Assembly: GCA_963744145.1 (NCBI GenBank) | Contig: CAVUSO010000001.1 | Span: forward strand, 1,408,001 to 1,472,000 | Origin: an uncultured cyanobacterium | GTDB taxonomy: Bacteria > Cyanobacteriota > Cyanobacteriia > Cyanobacteriales > CAWUOF01 | Length of the DNA: 64,000 nt | Direction: 5' to 3' | Shown here: positions 59,406-64,000 of the stretch, in pieces | How positions within the stretch are numbered: position 1 is the first letter of the stretch | How the letters are laid out: every line of letters begins with the position of its first letter | The notes under the pieces: generated by a model | The model's input: only the letters and a program-made list of their open reading frames with translations | Databases searched by the model: none | What the model was told of the DNA's origin: nothing | Position numbers and translations under genes: made by a program

Positions 59406-59806
59406 CAATACGGTTCAGTTAACTGTAGGGGCGAAGCATTCGGGCGATCATTTATTGCCCAAGTTTTACCCTGAGCGTAGTCGAAGGGCCGTTAATATTA
59501 GATCCGAATGCTTCGCCCAGTTCTGTGCCGATATCTCCCAAAATATTCTTAACTGAATTAATTTTAATATATAGTTGATCTGTTGGCTGCATAGATGGTA
59601 AGGGCAAAGCATTTCGGTAATATTATACTTCCCTTCGACTACGCCCCCTTCGGCTACGCTCAGGGCAAGCTTCGACTCCGCTCAGGGCAAGCTTCGGCTA
59701 CGCTCAGGGCAAGCTTCGACTCCGCTCAGGGAACACTCAGGGTAAACGTTTAGCCATCATTTATGTGCCGAAATGCTTTGCCCCTACGGTTAACTGAACT
59801 GTATTG
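59406..59806. mobile_element. 401-bp composite MITE (CAATAC TIR family) with a perfect 10-bp TSD and nested short repeats
   Basis: CAATACGGTTCAGTTAAC...GTTAACTGAACTGTATTG flanked by AAATATAAAG on both sides; inverted homologue of 23498-23848. Confidence 0.9.
59631..59746. repeat. Nested tandem array of 22-nt short dispersed repeats (CTTCG(A/G)CT(A/C)CGCTCAGGGCAAG)
   Basis: Four alternating units inside a split CCCTTCGACTAC..CTCAGGGTAAA copy; an inverted single copy at 59465-59488. Confidence 0.85.
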
Positions 59807-59842
59807 AAATATAAAGTTAGTAATAAGAACCAATTGGCAAAA

Positions 59843-59882
59843 GCAAAAAAAATTAGGGCGTTGTTTTAGTAAACGCCCAATT
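59843..59882 (-). terminator. Intrinsic terminator downstream of the gifA pair
   Basis: Minus strand GGGCGTT-tactaaaac-AACGCCC followed by a T-run. Confidence 0.65.
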
Positions 59883-59972
59883 TGTTCTTGATCATGCAAT
59901 TAAAACTATTTCACTGATGGAATAACTGGTTGACTTGCTACCAGTAGGCTCAATACCATCCAACTTGTCCAT

Positions 59973-60122
59973 CTAGCTCATGCTAGAATGGTTACCATCA
60001 TTCAATTTAGCACCATCAAGACCAATTTCGCTCGCGACACGACTGAGCATTGATTGTTGACGGTTTTTCACGATTTGTTGATGACGCACCATCAGACTAC
60101 GAGCTTGTTCTTGGGTAGACAT
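59973..60122 (-). CDS. gifA: Second, short (49 aa) glutamine synthetase inactivating factor IF7-like protein
   Basis: Absent from the ORF track: MSTQEQARSLMVRHQQIVKNRQQSMLSRVASEIGLDGAKLNDGNHSSMS; SD GGAG. Confidence 0.85.
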   Translation of the reverse strand: MSTQEQARSLMVRHQQIVKNRQQSMLSRVASEIGLDGAKLNDGNHSSMS

Positions 60123-60202
60123 AATAGTTCTCCAGCAAAATATTTTCGGTTTGTTCAGAATCAGATCGGATTTTTGGTCTAGTGCTAAATTGCACTGATT
60201 GA

Positions 60203-60397
60203 TCAGCTCATCGTTGCATTACTACGGTCATAGCTGACCCGGAAGGATGAATGGGTCTTTCCTTGAATGTTGCTCCAGTATTCTCCAGCATCAATACCTA
60301 CTTCGTCAGCAACGCGACTGAGCATGGATTGCTGTCGATTTTTGATCAGGTGATGATGACGCATCATTAGTGCCCGTGCTTGTTCTTGTGCAGACAT
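60203..60397 (-). CDS. gifA: Glutamine synthetase inactivating factor IF7
   Basis: MSAQEQARALMMRHHHLIKNRQQSMLSRVADEVG...W..IQGK..SSFR.SYDRSNATMS matches IF7; SD AAGGAG; start moved to ATG 60397. Confidence 0.92.
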   Translation of the reverse strand: MSAQEQARALMMRHHHLIKNRQQSMLSRVADEVGIDAGEYWSNIQGKTHSSFRVSYDRSNATMS

Positions 60398-60466
60398 AAT
60401 TATGTTCTCCTTGTGATGTTTAACTGGTTGTTTTTTGTCTATGAAATTAATGTAGCAGATAATTCT

Positions 60467-60508
60467 GTATCTAAATTGACAAAATCCGGTTTTATTACAA
60501 AACGTTAC
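60467..60508. promoter_or_regulatory. Two near-consensus NtcA boxes upstream of gifA
   Basis: GTAtctaaattGAC (60467-60480) and TTAcaaaacgtTAC (60495-60508), each one mismatch from GTA-N8-TAC; gifA is known to be NtcA-repressed. Confidence 0.5.
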
Positions 60509-60565
60509 ATTAATTTTAGAAATAGGTAACCAAGTGATGATTTTTCCGCTCAATCCGGTTTCTTG

Positions 60566-60600
60566 GGAAAAAAAAACCTCTCACAAATCGGGAGAGGGTG
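60566..60600 (-). terminator. Intrinsic terminator after the GH57 gene
   Basis: Minus strand CCTCTC-ccgatttgt-GAGAGG followed by a long T-run. Confidence 0.7.
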
Positions 60601-60628
60601 ATCAGAAATCTGGTGAAAATGGGTCGAT

Positions 60629-62218
60629 CTAAATGGGTCGATAGACGCGATAGTTAATTTGAGGAAAGATATTATCGATTTCTTGGACTTTTTCTAGCCA
60701 ACCACTATCAACCTTACCAAAATTAAGATCCTCATACAATTTGTTAAAACGCATCAGATGCGATCGGGTGCGTTTGACTGCATAAGGAACCATTGTCCCA
60801 GTCCGCATAATAAATGCCCAATCAGAAGATTGAGCCAGTAAAACTTCCCGAGCCGCTTGATTGAGAGCCCGCCATTCTAATTCATCAACAGGTTCTCTCC
60901 GAGCCAGTTCAATCATTCTTTCCGCAGCTTTATGTAAATGGGGATAAACCCAAGAATTAGTTTCATTCAGCCAATATTCGTGGAATCCTTTATAGCCCCA
61001 ACTAGATTGAGCCGGACGAGTTACTTGCTGAGTCGGATAATTTTGCAAGTAGTCCGCTAAATGGGTCATCTCATAAGTATGTTGATCGTACCAAGTTTTC
61101 CGGAACAAATAATCAATAAACCAAGGACCTTCATACCACCAATGACCAAATAGTTCCGCATCATAAGGGGAAACAATAATGGGGGGACGGTGCATCATCG
61201 ACCGGAGATTTTCGACTTGGCGTTCCCGATTATACATAAAATTCCCAGCGTGTTCAGCTGCTTTTTCCCGAGCCCAGTAAGGATCATATAGTTTTTTATC
61301 AGCTAATCCCAAGCCCCGACCTGTAATTTTATGGTATTTAATCCCGGTATTTTTTCGCTGGCCATTGGGCATAATGTAAGGTTTGATATATTCATATTCC
61401 GCTTCCCAACCTAGATCTTTATAAAATTCACGATATTCTGCGGCTCCAGGATAGCCGACTTCTGAAGACCAAACCTGCTGAGATGATTCGTGATCTCGAC
61501 CAAACGCAGCTACACCACACTCAGTGAAAACTGGTGCATAAGTGCCAAATCGGGGACGGGGACGAGCGTAGAGAATCCCATGGCCATCGGTGAGAAAGTA
61601 GCGCAAACCAGCATCAGCCAGCATTCTCTCCACACCTTCATAATAAGCGCATTCTGGCAGCCAAATTCCTTTTGGCTCACGACCAAAATGTTCCTCATAG
61701 TGTTCACAAGCGACCTTAATTTGCGCCCAGACCGCCTGGGGGTACATTTTCATTAGTGGGAAATAACCGTGGGTAGCACCACAGGTAATGATTTCCAGGT
61801 TGTTAGTATCTAAAAAGTTTTTAAAGGCGGTTACCAGATCTCCACCATAGCGTTCCCAAGTTTGTCGAACTTGATTAAATTCTGCGACATAATGTTCGGC
61901 TAAGTAACGCAAATGGCCATTATATTGATTATGCTCAACCTCTAGCGCTGCTAGTTCCTCTAATTTGCTTAAGTGGGCCTCGTAGCGGTTTTGTAAAAGT
62001 GGATCGCGGAGCATTGACACTAAAGGAGGTGTCATGCTCATCGTCATTTTAAAGTTTATGCCATCCCGTTTTAGTCCTTCAAAGACTAACAATAAGGGAA
62101 TATATGTTTCTGTAATGGCTTCAAATAGCCATTCTTCTTCGAGTACATAATCACTTTCCGGATGCCGCACAAAAGGGAGATGGGCATGGAGGACAAGTGC
62201 GAGGTAACCATTAGCCAT
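60629..62218 (-). CDS. Glycoside hydrolase family 57 protein (branching-enzyme type, DUF1957 C-terminus)
   Basis: LVLHAHLPFVRH, EAITETYIPLL, GIWLPECAY, PYDAELFGHWWYEGP, LAQSSDWAFI. Confidence 0.93.
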   Translation of the reverse strand: MANGYLALVLHAHLPFVRHPESDYVLEEEWLFEAITETYIPLLLVFEGLKRDGINFKMTMSMTPPLVSMLRDPLLQNRYEAHLSKLEELAALEVEHNQYNGHLRYLAEHYVAEFNQVRQTWERYGGDLVTAFKNFLDTNNLEIITCGATHGYFPLMKMYPQAVWAQIKVACEHYEEHFGREPKGIWLPECAYYEGVERMLADAGLRYFLTDGHGILYARPRPRFGTYAPVFTECGVAAFGRDHESSQQVWSSEVGYPGAAEYREFYKDLGWEAEYEYIKPYIMPNGQRKNTGIKYHKITGRGLGLADKKLYDPYWAREKAAEHAGNFMYNRERQVENLRSMMHRPPIIVSPYDAELFGHWWYEGPWFIDYLFRKTWYDQHTYEMTHLADYLQNYPTQQVTRPAQSSWGYKGFHEYWLNETNSWVYPHLHKAAERMIELARREPVDELEWRALNQAAREVLLAQSSDWAFIMRTGTMVPYAVKRTRSHLMRFNKLYEDLNFGKVDSGWLEKVQEIDNIFPQINYRVYRPI

Positions 62219-62586
62219 AGTAGTAGAAGTTTTAGCAGTGGACAGGTCGTCTTGAGGCAGGCTGGGGAAATTTTACGATATTTTAAGATTTTAGGAGTAA
62301 ATGGGGAATAAAGGAAAAAAGTTAGCGATCGCTGGAAATTGCTGCCAGCCAAAGCTGAGCGGATCTGTTACGCTTTTGATGGTGAGCAAAGGTAAGAACC
62401 AAGGTAGTTTCTGAATCCATTATCGCCAATATCCAGATAAAATTAAACTTGCGGCGTTAATTTTGGGGAAATCAACAGCTATAGTTCTTTTTAAACATTG
62501 GCAGCTTGCCAATGTTATATGTAAGTCCTAATTTTGTTTAGAAGCTATGATTAGCCATCAGTTCCTCATATCCCGCAGTGCTAGCC

Positions 62587-63723
62587 ATGTCACAAGCAAA
62601 TTTTATGGAACTTGCCCAGCAAGGTGACCCGAAAGCGATCGCCACTGTACTCAACCGTTCTCTGCAAAGCCAAGGTGTCACAGCCAAGGTAATTCGGAAA
62701 AATGATTCCCTCCAGGTACTGCTCGAATCAGCACAGATTCCAGCCCAAAAGTCCCTCGTCCCATTAATTTATAAAGAAATCAGCAATCTGAGGATTTCCT
62801 CAATTCAAACCATCAAAGTTTACGGACGTAAACAAGGTGATAAAGACCCATCCTGGCAGGAAGAACTAGAAGTACCTGTCGAAGATGATTTATTGCTCTC
62901 AGAGCTAGAACATGTGATGGCAGAAGATCCTGATTATCACGATCAGGATCAGGATCTCAGCCTCCACCAAGATGCCGATCCGATTTTTGAGGACTTGCCC
63001 ATGGCTAACCAACATGATGATGATCACGAAGCAGATGAAGTCCAAGAAGAATATGATGAAACTGAGGAAGAGGAGCAAGAACAGCCGCGATCGCGTCAGC
63101 TATCTAAACCACTGCTGATCTTATTGTTGTTATTGATTCCCTTGGGATTAGGTATTGGGGTTTATTTAAACTGGTCTACTATTACTGCGGCTCTACCTTT
63201 TCTAGGTGGCTCCCCCACTCCTCCAACTTCACCAGCTCCGGTAGCATCTACACCACCTAAAGCTGCTGCTACTCCGGTTGGAGCTGCTAAACCCTCAACT
63301 GTTGCAGCTAAACCTACCCCAGTAAATCCAGGGACCGCCGCTAAACCCACTCCCACAACTCCAGCGACGGCGATCGCGACTAAAGCTACCCCAACGACGA
63401 CCGCCCCAGTGGCCACAGCTAAACCTACCACACCTGCACCAGTTGAGCAAGCAGCTAAACCCGAGACTGCTAATCCAAAAACCAATGCAGCTCATCCTAA
63501 ACTGCGGGAAGCTGTAAAAAATGCTACAGATGCAGCTAATTTGACTCAAAATGCTACATCCAAGGAAGAATGGAATACGGTGGCTAGTAAATGGCAAGCA
63601 GCGATCAACGCGATGAAGGCTATACCTAAAGATAGCCCTAACTATGCGATCGCACAGGATCGCATACCTATTTATCAGCATAATCTTGAATATGCTCAAC
63701 AAAATGCCGAAAATGGGATTTGA
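62587..63723 (+). CDS. Hypothetical single-pass membrane protein (conserved N-terminal domain, acidic region, TM, Pro/Ala/Thr linker, helical C-terminus)
   Basis: LAQQGDPKAIATVLNRSLQ...VYGRK, LLILLLLLIPLGLGIGV, REAVKNA..AA.LTQ.A.S.EEW..VA.KW. Confidence 0.85.
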   Translation: MSQANFMELAQQGDPKAIATVLNRSLQSQGVTAKVIRKNDSLQVLLESAQIPAQKSLVPLIYKEISNLRISSIQTIKVYGRKQGDKDPSWQEELEVPVEDDLLLSELEHVMAEDPDYHDQDQDLSLHQDADPIFEDLPMANQHDDDHEADEVQEEYDETEEEEQEQPRSRQLSKPLLILLLLLIPLGLGIGVYLNWSTITAALPFLGGSPTPPTSPAPVASTPPKAAATPVGAAKPSTVAAKPTPVNPGTAAKPTPTTPATAIATKATPTTTAPVATAKPTTPAPVEQAAKPETANPKTNAAHPKLREAVKNATDAANLTQNATSKEEWNTVASKWQAAINAMKAIPKDSPNYAIAQDRIPIYQHNLEYAQQNAENGI

Positions 63724-64000
63724 TTTTTAGTCCAAGTTTTGGTCAAAAGATCATTGGGGCTGATAATTTTTTCGCTTAAATTCCATTTTGGTGAGCAGAG
63801 ATTGAATAAACAGGGAGTCCGTGAACTTTTCTGGTGAAGATAATTGTGATGTTTTTCTGAAAAAACCCGTTTTTTCTCAAGAAAAACGGGTTTTTAGCCA
63901 AACTTTTTCTGCTCCTGAGCAAAATAGAACCGGATGAATCCTTGAGCCAAGTCAGGCGATCGCTACTCTCCATCTCGATTATTGGTAAAATTAAAACTAT

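Noticed and set aside
59631..59746. Mini CRISPR array
   Set aside because: The 22-nt units are directly adjacent with no spacers.
961..63702. Numerous short ORFs overlapping longer genes (e.g. 961-1254, 18847-19218, 35260-35535, 63162-63485)
   Set aside because: Shadow ORFs antisense or out of frame to well-supported genes, with no recognisable motifs.
63776..63973. 65-aa ORF at the right edge
   Set aside because: It runs through an AAAAACCCGTTTTT palindromic repeat and has no recognisable motif.

Overview
64-kb window from a cyanobacterial chromosome. The HIP1 octamer GCGATCGC is frequent, and GUN4, Uma2, pentapeptide, gifA and cyanobacterial pha genes are present. From left to right it holds: (1) a hybrid-kinase cluster (two Ser/Thr-kinase paralogues, one truncated at the window edge, plus a Cache-HAMP hybrid His kinase) interrupted by an FAD monooxygenase and a BrnT/BrnA toxin-antitoxin pair; (2) a single-locus PHB cluster, phaA-phaB-phaE-phaC plus phaP, with a +1 frameshift in both phaA and phaC; (3) aspS, htpX, a serine hydrolase and Uma2; (4) the most interesting part, a ~13.6-kb minus-strand accessory cluster (23851-37500) encoding a long coiled-coil protein, a Zn-ribbon-tagged CrfC-like dynamin GTPase, a tandem CbbX/SpoVK/EccA-type AAA+ ATPase, an atypical Hsp70, a second coiled-coil protein and an orphan NrdG-like radical SAM enzyme. 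It is interrupted by an Rpn-like nuclease with a duplicated C-terminal domain, relics of a paralogous AAA/Zn-ribbon module and an AT-rich inverted gene; (5) GUN4, a MacA/MacB-type pair, tRNA-Arg(CCG), an FHA pseudokinase, an S2P protease, a decayed ABC-ATPase/DUF4276 pair, amylase, M16 peptidases, TetR, PepP, pentapeptide proteins, two tandem gifA (IF7) genes (one too short for the ORF track) and a GH57. Intergenic DNA contains several MITE families with clear target-site duplications and nested REP/short dispersed repeats. All family assignments come from motifs recognised by eye; no searches were run.
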